From Felis catus (lineage: Eukaryota), in the NCBI RefSeq assembly GCF_018350175.1, contig NC_058368.1:44208001-44272000 (forward strand): a DNA stretch of 64,000 bases. The letters run 5' to 3'. How positions within the stretch are numbered: position 1 is the stretch's first letter; each line of letters opens with the position of its first letter. This document shows, piece by piece, positions 39,080 through 52,652 of the stretch. The notes under the pieces are model-generated. The model did not search any database and had not been told where the DNA came from. It worked only from the letters and a program-made list of their open reading frames with translations. The position numbers and the translations under genes were made by a program.

Positions 39080-39290
39080 AATAAGTAAACACTAAAAAAA
39101 ATAATCTTCTCACTTCTTACCTAAGTTAAACACAGCCCAGTCATTTTACTCTGAGCCACCGCAAAATATGAATACAAATAATTTCTACCTGATGTTTTGT
39201 CATGCATATTAAATGTTATAATTGATACAGATTCATTAGCACAGTATCTGGCAAATACATGTACTAACTAAATATTAGTAATACTATATG
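38790..39290 (+). mobile_element. MIR interrupted by a SINEC (38856-39103, TSD ATCTTCTCA)
   Basis: AGAACATGGCCTCTAGAGGCAGA...CTCTGAGCC...TTAGCACAGTATCTGGCAAATA...TAAATATTAG (MIR core and tail), with a SINE head and (CT)n inside. Confidence 0.8.
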
Positions 39291-39706
39291 TAGTTTGAGA
39301 TCATTTGAGAATTCATTATATAATTTTTTTCTTTTTTTTTTTTCTTGTCAACTACCTCCTTACCCCTTGATAAGCAGATATTGAAATTTTATGCAGATGC
39401 CAAGGGGCCTCCTTTTGAAATGAAAATGGCATCCTAACCTTTTCAATATTTGAAAGTAATAGGGCAGCAGCTGGCGTGAAAGGAAACCAGAAGTCCTGAG
39501 GAGGTCCTTATTATTGAGCATGGTATGTTCACTGGTCGCTCGGGCTTGATACCCAGAGCCAGATGGTGCTAGACTAGTTGTACACAGAAGTAGGCACTTT
39601 CCTTCTGGTATAGGTTTTGTTTCCAGTGAAGAGATAAATTTTGGCTGTATAGGTAAATTACAGCACCATCTTAAATATGAAGCAAAGAAAAAAATCAGCT
39701 TTTCTC

Positions 39707-39709
<3 letters not shown>

Positions 39710-39742
<33 letters not shown>
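39710..39742. repeat. (CA)n microsatellite
   Basis: Direct reading. Confidence 0.97.
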
Positions 39743-39750
<8 letters not shown>

Positions 39751-42700
39751 TTAATCTGTCAAGCCATGGAACTAAATGTGCTGAAGAACATATTCTTTCA
39801 TGTGTAGAACTATTGGGATTTTATGTGGATTCCATACTTTGTTGATAGATTTGTTAGTGTGTACTTAGTTGACTTGTGTGCACCACTTTGTGCTCTCCTG
39901 GAAAATCACAGATTAGTTCAGGAGCATGTAGGGTATCTTAGTGACAAGTGTTTGAGCAGAAGCCGTGCCATAAATGGTAGTAATAAAGCTCATGTAATTA
40001 GAATATATGAACATTGATGCACTTGACTGAAAGGTAAGGTAGCAGATTGTGTGGATTCAAATGACCACCTGGAAACCTAAAGTCTGCCTTTCAGAGGCAG
40101 ATTTCTACAGAAGAGAAGTTTAAAAATGGCAAATAAAAATGGCAAAAAAATGGCAAAAAAAAGAAGTTTAAAAATGGCAAATTTCAAAATATTTTGAAAG
40201 TGTGAATGGGAATGGGGATAATTAGGGAAATTGTCTAGAAGTTGCTTTTGCATTAAATTTTACTTAAGGTATGAAAAATTCAATCATTCATATACCAGAA
40301 TAGAAGACTCATGATGAAGATATTACGAGGGCCCTATACTATAACCTGCCCCCAGGTCCCAACATATATAAACCCTTACAATATTACTGATGTGGAAGAA
40401 ATGAGGTAGTGAATTTTATTTGTTTTTTTCTTTACTCAAATCTCCAGATCTCACTATTTATAGTCATGACCTCTTCACACATCTCTGACCCTACAACCAA
40501 CGTGGCCTTCATCCATTTTCTAGCCTTTTTCCTTTCAATATTTAGAAGCTTCTAGCTACCTAGGAAGAAAAAAAAATCCCTTCCAAAAAATTCTATTAAG
40601 TTTCATGACAGGTTGATAATTTTAAAAAATTATCTGGCTATTTGAAAATGAGCAAGAGAAATACTTGTCAGCTCAGATGGAAAAAGGTAACCAAGCAGAA
40701 ATTAAAAAAAAAAAAAAGGAATGATTCCTTGAACATATGATTAAAACACTCACCTGGTAGGTAACATATGGTGAGACTGCTTTGAAATATAAGTTTTTAA
40801 ATTTTCTTTTACATATTTTGACAAATACACATATATGTCTCATCATATTCAACACCATATATGTATGGAAAGAAAGTAGTATTGGTTATTCATTGATATT
40901 TTAGCCATAGATGCATGCAAATAAAACTTGTTACCATTATGTTTATCCACTACTGACCTGGAAATGGAACTTTGTGACAACACTTCCTATCAATTCAATG
41001 ATATTTTATTCATCTAATGTGGGTAGTGATATTTCTCTAGGCAGAGAATTGTCTATACTATTTAACAGAACACATAACTTAAGGGTATTTGCATTTAAAA
41101 ATAGTGGCAATAATGTGGAGAAGTCAAACAAGATTAAACATTAGCAATATAACATTTTAATCCATGTAATATGTTGAATGAAGATCCAACTAGCAACTCT
41201 CTGCATAAAGTACAAAATCAGCATAAATTAATCCTTTAGTATTTAAAAATATTAAATTATAAATTGAAGAGTTTGAGGTCTAAATAGCTGTTGAAATTGT
41301 ACCTTATATATGGAAAAGAATCCCAAATGACGTTAATGAAATATCTTTATCTTTTCTATTTCAATTTCTATAACAGTGCCCTTAAAATTCATTGGAATGA
41401 ATTTGCATTATCTATAAATATTTAACTCAAAAAGATAATTATGATTTTTCTCAATAATTCTTTTTGGTACCATGATAAAATATATAATGCTGAAAAACAT
41501 ATTTCAGAAAAGTTTGGATATTTTCTACTATAAGCAGTATTGGGATATAAAAATATGTTTCAAATTTACAAGTCTAAATGTTAGCTGGCATAATTACTAG
41601 AATAAAATATAAATGTTCTTGTTTTCTCAACTATTAACCAATTCATTACTAAAAATTATTTATCCTTTACAGGACATGTGTCAATAGTAGCTACCTATAT
41701 TAATATATATATATATAATCTTATGTTGCAACTAATATATTTCAGAGTAATTGTATTGTTAAACTTTTCCATAATTGTTTTTCAACTAGTAAGTCTTTGT
41801 CAAATTAATATGGTACAAAGTTTTACACAAAAATTGGATTAAAATTAAGCACTTTAAATTACTAAAGCAGATTGTAGCATAAAGATTTAATATTAAGTAT
41901 AAAGTAAGTATGTAAGTGGTAAGCTTTTCTGAAAATAAAATATCTATGATGAAAGAAGTGGCTAAACTTTGGCAAAATTTTTTTCAAAAGATTTTAAGGT
42001 CTTGGGTTTGTGTAGAAACCATTATCTCCTTTAAAAACAAACTCTTTTAAATTTTGCTTTTGAAAAATAATACTTGAAAGAGAAGAATAACTGGGATTCC
42101 CTAATTTTTTGAGATATTTTCTGGCTCCAAATACAAATGTGAATGGCCACTGTATACTGGAAACTTTGGGCACAAATATGCATGACAATTGGATGTTACA
42201 TATTAAGATCTAGTAACTGAGCTCTGTGTTAGTAAAAGCCCTATCATTTGCAAAGATAATTATAATTTGTATGACTCAATATTACCACGAATAGGTTCTA
42301 AACACTGGCCTGAGTGTGGTAGAAACATTTTTTTTAATTGTCTTGCCACTACCTAGTTTTAAGATATTGGGAAATTTCATTAGCTTTACTAGTCCTCAAA
42401 TTCTTCTGGATAATGTGGAGCTTGCTAGGCATATCATGAATACAGTCTAGTTCTTAAATTCTTGCTATCAGTAAATTTATATGAGCAATAAATAGTTATA
42501 TTATTTTCAAGGGAAATAATCATTAATAAAAATCTAAAATGTTGACAAGTCTCAGTGTTTATAAGGTCCTGATATTGATAGTCCTTTATCTTGTTTTGCT
42601 ATTACTTTCATGAGCTTAGAAGCCTAAGTCATCACACATTTTGGTGAAATGAATCTTGACTTCAGTTGTCAATTTCGTCCCTCTGGTCTAGGCTCACAGT

Positions 42701-43259
42701 CCAAGGGTTCTTTCCTTTAGTGGTATAAAATGCTAAAACAGGTGGTCAGCAGAAAAGCAAATGAATCTCCACTAAAGAATAAATATATAAAATATTCTGA
42801 GCAGTGATTTACACTGATACATACACAAATACACACAGGACCAAGCACATGTATGTATAACCAGAAGAAAGACTAAAATGTTGTTAAAATATTAGTGCAT
42901 CCATTGAAATATGATGTAAAATAAAATGTATAACCATTGAGTACTGCTTTTAATACGTATTGTTTAGGAAGATTTGAATTTGGTTTTACATTTCTGAGTT
43001 TTCAATCTCTTATTTGTAAAATAATCTTAACAGACTGTGACAGTCCATCCAATGCCTTGTTCCTATCATTTTTTAACTGTATTTTAAATCTCTTTGCTAA
43101 TCAAATTTTCTTTTATATCCATAATGTGCACTTAACACGTGTGTGTGGAGAGAAAGAGAAAGGTGGAGAGCAGTACTCTTTTTAAGTATAAGTACTGTGT
43201 CAATGGAAACTCATACTTGCAGGATCATGTTCTACTTATGGACACATCTGTAGTATGTA

Positions 43260-43340
43260 TCATCTATACCTATCTATATCTATATCTGTATCTATATCTA
43301 TATCTATCTATATCTATATCTTTATCAATATCATCTACAT
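43260..43340. repeat. (TATATC)n/(TATC)n microsatellite
   Basis: Direct reading. Confidence 0.92.
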
Positions 43341-43616
43341 CTATATCTATCTACATCTAATGAACTTTTATAAATATGTGTTTATTTGTATACAAATTAA
43401 TTTTCTAAACTATTGTATTTTATAGCTGATTCACTCTAGAATGTTTTATCAGATGTATCCACATTGTATATACATAATCCAATCAAAATGCAATGAAATA
43501 TATATATAAGAAAACAAAAAATTAAATGTACAATTTGTATCATAAATGTAATTCTTTTTTAAAAAGTCAAACATATTAGATCTTGAGTGAAGCCTCAGAA
43601 AATCCACACAAGTTTA

Positions 43617-43815
43617 GGAATGCCCCTGGGTGGCTCCGTTGGTTAAGAATCTGACTTTGATTTCAGCACAGGTCATGATCTCACAGTTCACTTTCAACAG
43701 GGAACTACTCCCTCTCCCCTCTCTGGAGGAATTCTCTCTCTCCTTTCTCTGCCCCTCCCCGCACTTACACTCTCTCTCCTTCAATATAAATAAATAAACA
43801 TTAAAAGAAAAGAAA
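43617..43815 (+). mobile_element. SINEC with replaced central segment
   Basis: TSD AGAAAATCCACACAAGTTTA (43597-43616) / AGAAAATCCATACAAGCTTA (43816-43835). Confidence 0.88.
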
Positions 43816-43899
43816 AGAAAATCCATACAAGCTTATAGCCTCTGAGAGTAATTTTGATTTAAATTAAAAATCAGTAATTATTAAAAAACACAATCTTAA

Positions 43900-44710
43900 A
43901 ATTAAAAGTATATTATGAAAATCTCTTGTGCTAAATAAGAAAGCATACAGAAATTACAAAGTGACTAAAATATAAGGTCAATTAAGACACCACAAAAACA
44001 TCCCATGTGACAAAGTGTCACTTCTTTAAAATTTGTTACATTTATCAGAAATTAAGAACAATTTTTTAAATGGGCTAAGTATTAAACTAATAACAAGATG
44101 AAGGAAAATGATAAAAATAAGAACAAAATCTTTGAAGAATGGAATAGAAAAAACATGGAGTAATTCAATAAAACAAAAATATGATTCTTGGAAAGTGATT
44201 AATAAATTAACAACTTTTGCCACGTGAAACAAGAAAAATATTTTGAAAGTAACAAGATATAGGGGAGCCTGGGTGGTTCAGTTGTTTGAGCATCTGATTC
44301 TTGATTTCGGCTCAGGTCATGATCTCACCATCATGAGATCAAGCCCTATGTGGGGCTCCACGCTGGGCATGGAGCTTGCTTAAGATTCTCTCTATTCCTC
44401 TCTCTCTGCCCCTCCCCTGCTTGCACATGCATGCACTCTCTTTCCCTTAAAATAAATAAATAAACTTTAAGTTAAAAAAATGTAACAACATATACAAAGA
44501 AAGGGAAAAACCACTAGAAAATCAGTAGACATTTGAAAAAGAAAAGAAAATGTGCAACAATCATATGTCAAAACCTACGGAAAACAATATGAAATGGTAC
44601 ATTTCTGGAAAATTAAAAAGTTGCAAAATTGAAGTAAGAGAAAATAAAACTGTAAACTATCCAAAAAGAATTAAAGAAATTAAATTAAAATGGTATCCAA
44701 CATTTTTCAC
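43900..44710 (+). mobile_element. Ancient L1 ORF2 relic interrupted by a SINEC (44262-44480)
   Basis: A-rich segment following the L1 'EIIKIRAEIN...[14 protein letters not shown]' region; SINE head GGGGAGCCTGGGTGGTTCAG. Confidence 0.65.
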
Positions 44711-45882
44711 CAAGTCAAAATTTCCTCAGGCTTTTGCCCCTTCATATCTGCATCTTTGATTAACCTATTTCTGTGTTATTTCCTGACTTGTTTCCAAATT
44801 CCATTTTAAAACTGGTGAATTCTTCTATCACTGCTTATGCAGTATTGAAAGGAATTTCCATTTCTATGATTACAGCTTTCTGAAATTCATACTGTGAGTT
44901 TTCAGCAACACTTGATTTGTCCCCATGTTCTGCTATTTTTCACTTGATTTTTAGTGTTTATTAGCTCTTTGTACAGAAAATATTGTAATTGTTTGAAGGA
45001 CAATGTTTTTCCTTGTCTCACATTAATAGACTTCAGAACTTTAAGTTAGTTGGGTAAATAGTTGATAGCTAATATTTTGTGCAGAAATATGATTTAGTAA
45101 AGAGAGAAAATTAGAAATCAAGCTGTTATATAATAAAGGACACTTGCGCTGATTCAGGCAGTGTTATTTGGCCACTGTTTAGAAAAGATAAAAATAATAT
45201 ATGCAAATTAGATGGAACTGGAATCAAAGGAATTTAACAAAGATAGGTTAAAGAACCCAATTTGGTTTCAGTGTTTGGAAAATAAAATAATTTTTCAAGA
45301 GGCAATATAACCTTGAAGACTTGGTTTATATGTTTTTTATCCAAAGTAATTTGGAATTGTAGAAAATGGAATTTTATAAGAAGTATACAGTATCCCTTAT
45401 GCTGATATTAATTAAAATGATGAACAGAATTTTGAAATAAAATGTGCTTAAGATACAATTTAAAATCGGCAAAGTTCTGTATCAAACTTTAACATTAATT
45501 GCTTCTGCAAATTATTACATATTAAATTAAAAGAGAAAAAATATTGATTTTCTCCTTAATATTCTGATATTTAAATGAATATTTAATAAATTTATATTGT
45601 ATTAAAACATACATCCATGAATCTATTTTGTTTGTTAGTGTAGTACATAATGGAAGAGACATTGAACAACTAAATAGTAACTATTATTTTGGGCTTTAGT
45701 AACCTCCAATATGGGTTAGCATTTATAATTTTGATACTAATTTTGACATGAAAAATGATGTCTCCATGAAAACTTAATGTTATTGAAAATGTTTTACTAC
45801 TATTGTTTATTTCTTGATCTATAAAAAGAAAAGGACTTATATAGTGATCCTTGATGAAATTTAGGTTAAAAATTAATTTATA

Positions 45883-46044
45883 GGGGCGCCTGGGTGGCTC
45901 AGTCAGTTAAGAATCTGATACCTGGTTTTGGCTCAGGTCATGATCTCAGTTGTGAGATCGAGCCCTGCATGGGGCTCCATGCTGGGCGTGGAGCCTATTT
46001 AAGAATGTGTCTCTACCTGTCTTTCTGTTCTTTTTCTGTCTCAA
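45883..46044 (+). mobile_element. SINEC
   Basis: Direct repeat AAAAATTAATTTATAGG at 45868-45884 / 46045-46061 flanks the element. Confidence 0.92.
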
Positions 46045-46321
46045 AAAAATTAATTTATAGGCAAGACATTTTTTTTTTCTGTGCCTAGTAGTGCAACAAT
46101 CCACAATTTCCTGAACATGGGGTCAGGGGAAAAGTTACTTTTATATGGTCCACTCCATGTCTTCATTAAAATTGTGCTAATATTACAGAATTAGCTGTAG
46201 CAACATATTTGAGAAGGACTTATTATGTAAGTATACTAGTCTATGAAAAAGCAAAATCATCAAGGGAAAAAATGTCATATGACTATTTTTCTACAAATGT
46301 ATTTCCCAAAGACAAAGCTCT

Positions 46322-46551
46322 GGGGGCGCCTGGGTGGCGCAGTCGGTTGAGCGTCCGACTTCAGCCAGGTCACGATCTCGCGGTCCGTGGGTTTGAGCCC
46401 CGCGTTGGGCTCTGGGCTGATGGCTCAGAGCCTGGAGCCTGTTTCCGATTCTGTGTCTCCCTCTCTCTCTCTGCCCCTCCCCTGTTCATGCTCTGTCTCT
46501 CTCTGTCCCAAAAATAAATAAACGTTGAAAAAAAATTAAAAAAAAAAAAAA
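46322..46551 (+). mobile_element. Young felid SINEC_Fc-type SINE
   Basis: GGGGGCGCCTGGGTGGCGCAGTCGG head, long A tail, TSD AAAGACAAAGCTC (46308-46320 / 46552-46564). Confidence 0.97.
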
Positions 46552-47856
46552 AAAGACAAAGCTCAGCAAAGTTCCTTTACAAAAGAGAAGAGCTTGCTTG
46601 TGGCAAATTTGGACAAATTAATTTTCTACTTCTCATTTGCTTCAACTTACCTTTATCACTTCTAAACACCAAATAAAAACCTATATACATACAACCCATC
46701 TCCCACTGTTGAGACAGATAAAATTTCACTTCGTGCACTTGGGCCAAATTAATACACGAGCCACCTCCTCCCCTTCCATAAGTAAGGCAGCATTTCAATT
46801 TACCATAGCTATAAGCTATGAAGAATTACACTCTTGGTTCCCATCACTATCCGATGTCTGGAAGAATAATATATTGAAAAATGTGAAGACTTTTGAGCAA
46901 TGGACAAAATGGATAAAGGAGATTAAGAAGCACAAACTTCCAGTTTGAAAAAAAAAATTGAAGTGTGTTCTAGTTATAACACTCATTGGCTTTGCTATGG
47001 ATCTGTCACATAATAGGAACTCAAGAGCTAATGAAAGGAATTAAAAGGGGAAAAAAGGTGAAAACAGAGAAGAAAGAGAAATATGTAGTCTTCTACTTTG
47101 GGGGAATATTCCAAGACTAACATAATAAAGCAAAACAAAATAAATCAATTTTACATTAAATTTTGACATGTAACAACTCATATCTCCTAGTCACTTTACT
47201 AGTTATCTGAATTTAATTATTTTCTTATTTTTCAAAATCTAATTCATTTATTTTTTTCCTATTTGCTTTTGAACAGCAACCTTAACCTTATTACCATGCT
47301 CCTCAAGATTGAAGAATGGGTCCTCAGTGCTCCACATTCTCTTAGAAATACCCTTCCCCCTTCCCCATGATGTCCTGCCTCATTACTAACTAAACACAGC
47401 CTGAGATATTAGTTCCAAAAAAGACTTAATTTAACTGATTATTCACCTTTCTTCTAGAGACCATCACGATTAACCCCATCATGTCTTGCATCTCTATTTG
47501 TCTCAGTCCTCATAAGAAATGCAAGACTTGAACCACTCTTAACTGTATATAGTCTCGTATACTTCTTAATTTGGCCCAATATTATATCCAAAAAGTTACC
47601 ACTGAGCCTTCCATTATCCCCCTGAATCCCATAAGCAGCAAAATGTCCTATATCCTTAATAGGGTTCTTATGTTCCTGTCACTTTATTTCTCTTTGGGTT
47701 TCTCCACCTAAAAACCTGGTTGTCACTTAACATTAGTGTGTTCTGTGGGACCTCCATAAGTGGTCTCTGTTGCTGTTTTTTCTTTTCTCCCATACTTCAC
47801 ATAAGGTAAAGCCTAGGGATAGAATAAGAGTCCTCCTTACTCCTTAGTGACACCTA

Positions 47857-47883
47857 TTTTTTTTAAGTTTATTTATTTATTTT

Positions 47884-47949
<66 letters not shown>

Positions 47950-48114
47950 AAGAAAAAGGATGAGTGCGGGAGGGGCAGGGAGAGAGGGAGAGAGAAAATC
48001 CCAAGCAGGCTCCACACTGTCAGCCTGACTCAAGGCTCAAACTCCCAAACCGTGAGATCAGGACCTGAGCTGAAATTGAGTTGGCATTTAACTGACTGAG
48101 CCACGCATGGGCCC
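47857..48114 (-). mobile_element. SINEC with long (GA)n
   Basis: T tail, (GA)n and CTGAGCCAC...GCCCC; TSD-like CCTTAGTGACA / CCTTACTGACA. Confidence 0.9.
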
Positions 48115-48149
48115 CCTTACTGACATTTCAGTTTGTTTCTCCTGGTTTC

Positions 48150-49830
48150 TAAACTTCTCATCTACTCACTCTAAAGTGGTACATGGTACAAAACTGTTGT
48201 ACCCCCAAGCCCAGTTATTTCCGCCACTGCTAGTATTGGAGATTTTATGATGTAGATCACATTTCCTTCCCAACCATTTATCCCACCATTGTTACTGAAA
48301 TACCCACTCTCTATAGACGTTTCCATTTGATATCTTAATTTTTCATGTGCGAAATATCTTTCCTTTAATTGCCTTATCTTTCAATCCATTCAGTGGTCCA
48401 CTCAGATGGGTAAATGCTAGAAGATTTTGATATCTGCAATCTCTTCAACATTTCAGTGTCCAGTATCTGACATTCAGAATACCACATCTTAACTTTCCAA
48501 CTCACTCACTATAGAATACCATTTTAAAAATTTTGACTTCCTCCAGGGCTTCAAAGCCATTGTCCTTACCATCTCTGCCCTTCCCCCTTCCCTGCCATCC
48601 TCCATCCCCACACCTCTCCACCCATTTTCTTCCCTCACTAACCACTATTCTAATCACTCATTCAAATATATAGGCAAGTAGCTTATCCCTTGATCTCTCT
48701 GTTGAATGTTTCAGGCAAAACACCAACAAAGTTTAAAATTCAAGTTCCTATCTTTTCTTTATCTGATACCAAGTAGTTGGACAAGGCTAGTGAAAAACAC
48801 ACAACTCTGCTGATTTTAAATTTATTTCACAAGCCTCAGGTGGCATCTCAGTGCTAACTGCCCATCATTTTACATTTCCTTAATCATTATACTCTGCTAT
48901 GTTCCAATATTTCATGCATTTTTCACTTTGCTAAATCTTTAGTACCCTGGTATACACTTTCAGCCACTTGCTTATTTCTCAATTTACTAAGGAAATAGAA
49001 GCAAACAGAAGAGAATGCCTTCTCTTGAAAGTTTACTCCTAAACTACTGGACATTCCTTTTCATATTCTCATCTTGAAATAAGGGCTTAGCCCTCAGACT
49101 TCTCCACTCTATCTATATCCACTTTCAAGTTGATATGATCTTTACTGAAGTATTTAAATAGCATGTATACAGTGATGACTACAAAATTTATATTTCCAGC
49201 TTTGACCATTTTTCTAAATCCCAGTTCACACTGCCTATCAAAAATTTCCATTTGCATGTCTGATAAAATGAACATGTCCAGAGACAACTTTTATTTCATT
49301 CTATGCTTACTCTGCCTCACCTACCTTTACTACAATTTTTCCATCTCAGTTATTTTAATTCCATTCATCCAGGTCTCAGGCCCAACCACAAAATTGCTAC
49401 CTTTCTTATGTTTCTCACATCCATGCTTAGTTCATTGGGGAACTGTATTGCCTCTTCCTTTGATATATATCAAGATTCTGAGCATTTCTCACTCCACCTT
49501 CATCACAACTTAGTCCCAAGAACAATCATCTCTCCTCTGGATGATGCCACCTTCCAAACATTCTTTCTACAATATCTCTTTTTCATACGGAAACCAGAGT
49601 AATCTTTCAAGTGTATCAAAACTTTCCAACATTTCTTAGAATAAATTCTAATATCCTTACCATGATTTGGAAGCTGATACCTGAGCTGATCCTACCTTAT
49701 ATTCTGACTCACTCACTCACTCACTTTGTTCTAACTACTCTGTTCTGTTTTTGTTTGTTTGTTTGTTTGTTTGTTTTTCAAGTTCTTGGGGACAATCCTG
49801 GAAATGTACCTACCTCAGTATTACTTTGAG
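48150..49830 (+). mobile_element. Degraded LINE-2 (ORF2 and 3' region)
   Basis: Pyrimidine-rich; GATGACTACAAAATTTATATTTCCAGC...TTCCATTTGCATGTCT...AACATGTCCA...TTCCATCTCAGTTA...CCAGAGTAATCTTT follow the L2 consensus order. Confidence 0.7.
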
Positions 49831-50920
49831 CCCTCAAATCTCTATTGCTTCTCACCCCATATATCTACTTGGAATATTCTCACCCCATATATCTACTTGG
49901 CACATATTCCACTCAGATATCTGCCCAGAAGTTCTTTACCTTACCAGAAATAATAGGAGATTATACCTAAAAATATTCCAAATGTATAGTGACAAAAGAA
50001 GAGCTTTACAACCTCTAGGTGAAGAGATATATAATTTAAAATTGTATGTAAATACCAAAATGATTTTATCAAGCATATTAGTTAATTCAATGGCTGGTAT
50101 TTTATTCTCCTAAGAACTTTTCCCCAAGCTTTCTACAACCATTGGGAAAGAGATTAAAGTAATCTTTAAAACAAAAACACACTTAACCTCAATTATTTGG
50201 GAGGGATAATTAATTATGTCTACAAAGTGGGTAAAATGCCAATGATATCTCTTTAGAAAGGGAAAAAGCCTATTCAGAGCCTTCTGTCAGAGCATTACTC
50301 AGAATAATACTGTTGTCAATAGCATTCGGGTAGGGCAGTATGTAGAGAATTATTTGGAAGTTTTTCTTGTCTATCTTCACAGCATTTGAATAACGATGTT
50401 GCATGTTTTTTCAGAAAAACCCTCCATAGTCTAATAAAGTATCTTGGCATAGAATAGTTTTCCTATAAAACCACTTAATTTTTTTGAGTCTTCTTTTTCA
50501 CTAGTTTATGTGTAATCCTTGCTCATTAATCCAGTCAACATATTTTATCTCCATCAATAAACATTCAGTATTTCAATTTTGATGATGTTTTGTGTATCTG
50601 CTAAAATCCCACATCCACTTCTTTCTCCTCAAATTGGAACATATAGTTCATTAATGGCTGTAATTGTCTGTTTGTATTTAGGACTTTACTTTTTCCAGAG
50701 GTCATTGGCTTTCATACAAAAATCAAAAACAAATAACAAAACACAAAACCAAAATCCACCATAGGTTTTTTAATGTAAATTATACCTTTACTCAAAGATA
50801 ACAACTGCTGATTGGAACCTTCTCATTTAACATATTTGAGAATCACAGATATTTAACTACTTCACGGAGGTAGAGCCTTTAGTTTAATGGTTCATATGTA
50901 ACCAGAAATTTTATTTTTCT

Positions 50921-51132
50921 GGGGTGCCTGGGTGGTTCAGTCTGGTAAGCATCTGACTTTTGATTTTGGCTCAGGTCATGATCTCACAATTGTGAGACTG
51001 AGCAGCCCCACACTGGGCTCCTTGCTGAGCAGGGAGCCTACTTGGGATTCTGTCCCTCCCTCTCCCTCTGCCCCTCCCTCACTTGCACCCTCTCTCTCTC
51101 TCTCAGAAAGAATTTTTTTTAAAAATTAAAAA
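50921..51132 (+). mobile_element. SINEC
   Basis: GGGGTGCCTGGGTGGTTCAG head; ATTTT(T)ATTTTTCT repeated on both sides. Confidence 0.9.
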
Positions 51133-51639
51133 TAAATTTTATTTTTCTTACAAAAGCAAAAAAAATTGAATTTTATTATATTTCTGATGGTTTGATTTTA
51201 ACATTATGAAAAAAGATAAAAATAAAATAACAGCACTTGTGAAGGAATGTCAAGAGTAAAAAAAAATCTATTGATGAGGAAGAGTTAAATGTAACCCATT
51301 TTGAAAAGGGCTAGTTAGCACCGTGGCTCACGTGGAATCATTCAGAGTCAGTTTGGACTATTCATCTCAAGACATCCCAATAAACTCGTCTAGAATGAAA
51401 CAAGAGATACCTCTGGATTTTTCAGTTTTTTTAAGTTGCTTCAAAGCACATATGATATTCTTAGGTAAATTATTTGACTCCTTGGGAAGCCAACTATGTT
51501 GTTGTTGATGATGATGATGATGATGATGTAGATTCAGAGGTCTTTTTAACTCTACAATTAATTTACAATTTTTACCAATGTATTTTTTGTTTTATTAAAT
51601 GGAGGGTAGTTGAGGGAAATTTTGTGATTAGAATAATTT

Positions 51640-52050
51640 ATTTGTTGGTGTAAAAGCAACTTCCAAAACTCAGCAGCTTAACAGTATGTGTGTAACAGTG
51701 AGTGTGTGTGTGTGTGTGTGTATGTATGTGTGTATATACATATATATTTTTTCTCACATCATAATTCAATGTCATTGAGAAACTCAGTTTGGCAGATATC
51801 CTCCAAGTGTTGACTTAGGGACTCACTCTCTATCCAGCTCTTGACAGTGTCATAGTGAAGAGTTTACCAAAGAACACTTGAAGAGAGAACAAGGTGTTTT
51901 TATGGACCAAGTCTAAAGGTGGCACACATCAATTACAACCACACTACATTAAACAAAACCTAATTTTAAGGCCCCAGTTTAAAGGCAAGTGAGGTTGTGA
52001 AAATTATTACTAAATGTGTTTGAAAAGATGAAATTCGACAAGTAATCTAG
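51640..52050 (-). mobile_element. Old MLT1 (K/L-like) LTR
   Basis: CCAAAACTCAGCAGCTTAAC...TTTTCTCACAT...AAGGTGGCACACATCA...AAGGCCCCA...GGCAAGTGAGGTTGTGAAA. Confidence 0.6.
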
Positions 52051-52529
52051 CAAAGATTTTCTAAAGGACAGAAAAATGGGTAATGTTACTTTTATTCCTA
52101 TTCATTCACACCTTCATATGCAATACATATACACAGATAAATTCCATGTTATTTTTATTCAGAAATGAATTTTTCTGTTCCTATTATAGTTTAGGTAAAG
52201 ACATAGTATAGTGAACTTGAAAAATTTTTCTTGGGACAAACACAGTAGATTAGAGAAAGAGAAGATGTCTTTGTGTCTGGTTTGCATGCAAGTTTGGGGG
52301 AATCACAAAGGAATGCTGAGCCCACTGAGTAATAATTTTAAGTGAAGAACTATACTATTATTTCTAATTTATTTATATTTTTATTATGCTGATATTTTCC
52401 AGACTCTTTTGTAGGAAAGATATTTAAAATATTAATTCAATTGCACAGTCTTGCTAGTGTACCAGATAGAAAACATTTAAGTGAATAGTTCCTTTGTTGC
52501 AGGCAACAGAACAATACTCATGATTTTAG

Positions 52530-52610
52530 GACATATAACACAGTAGTTAATAACTCAGTCTTTGGAACAAGGTTGTATGGGTTAAAGTCTCAGTTCCACT
52601 ACATGTTAGC
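52530..52610 (+). mobile_element. MIR 5' fragment
   Basis: CAGTAGTTAATAACTCAGTCTTTGGA...GGGTTAAAGTCTCAGTTCCACTAC...TAGCT. Confidence 0.6.
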
Positions 52611-52652
52611 TATATCAGATCAGGTCCCAGTAGGGAATAGAAATTGGGTAAA

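Noticed and set aside
39552..39571. CTCF-like CCAGATGGTGCTA
   Set aside because: It lacks the informative upstream CC of the core motif, so it is too weak to call without a PWM scan or ChIP data.
46322..46400. tRNA-like A/B boxes
   Set aside because: These are SINE heads followed by a CT-rich body and A tail, not tRNA genes.
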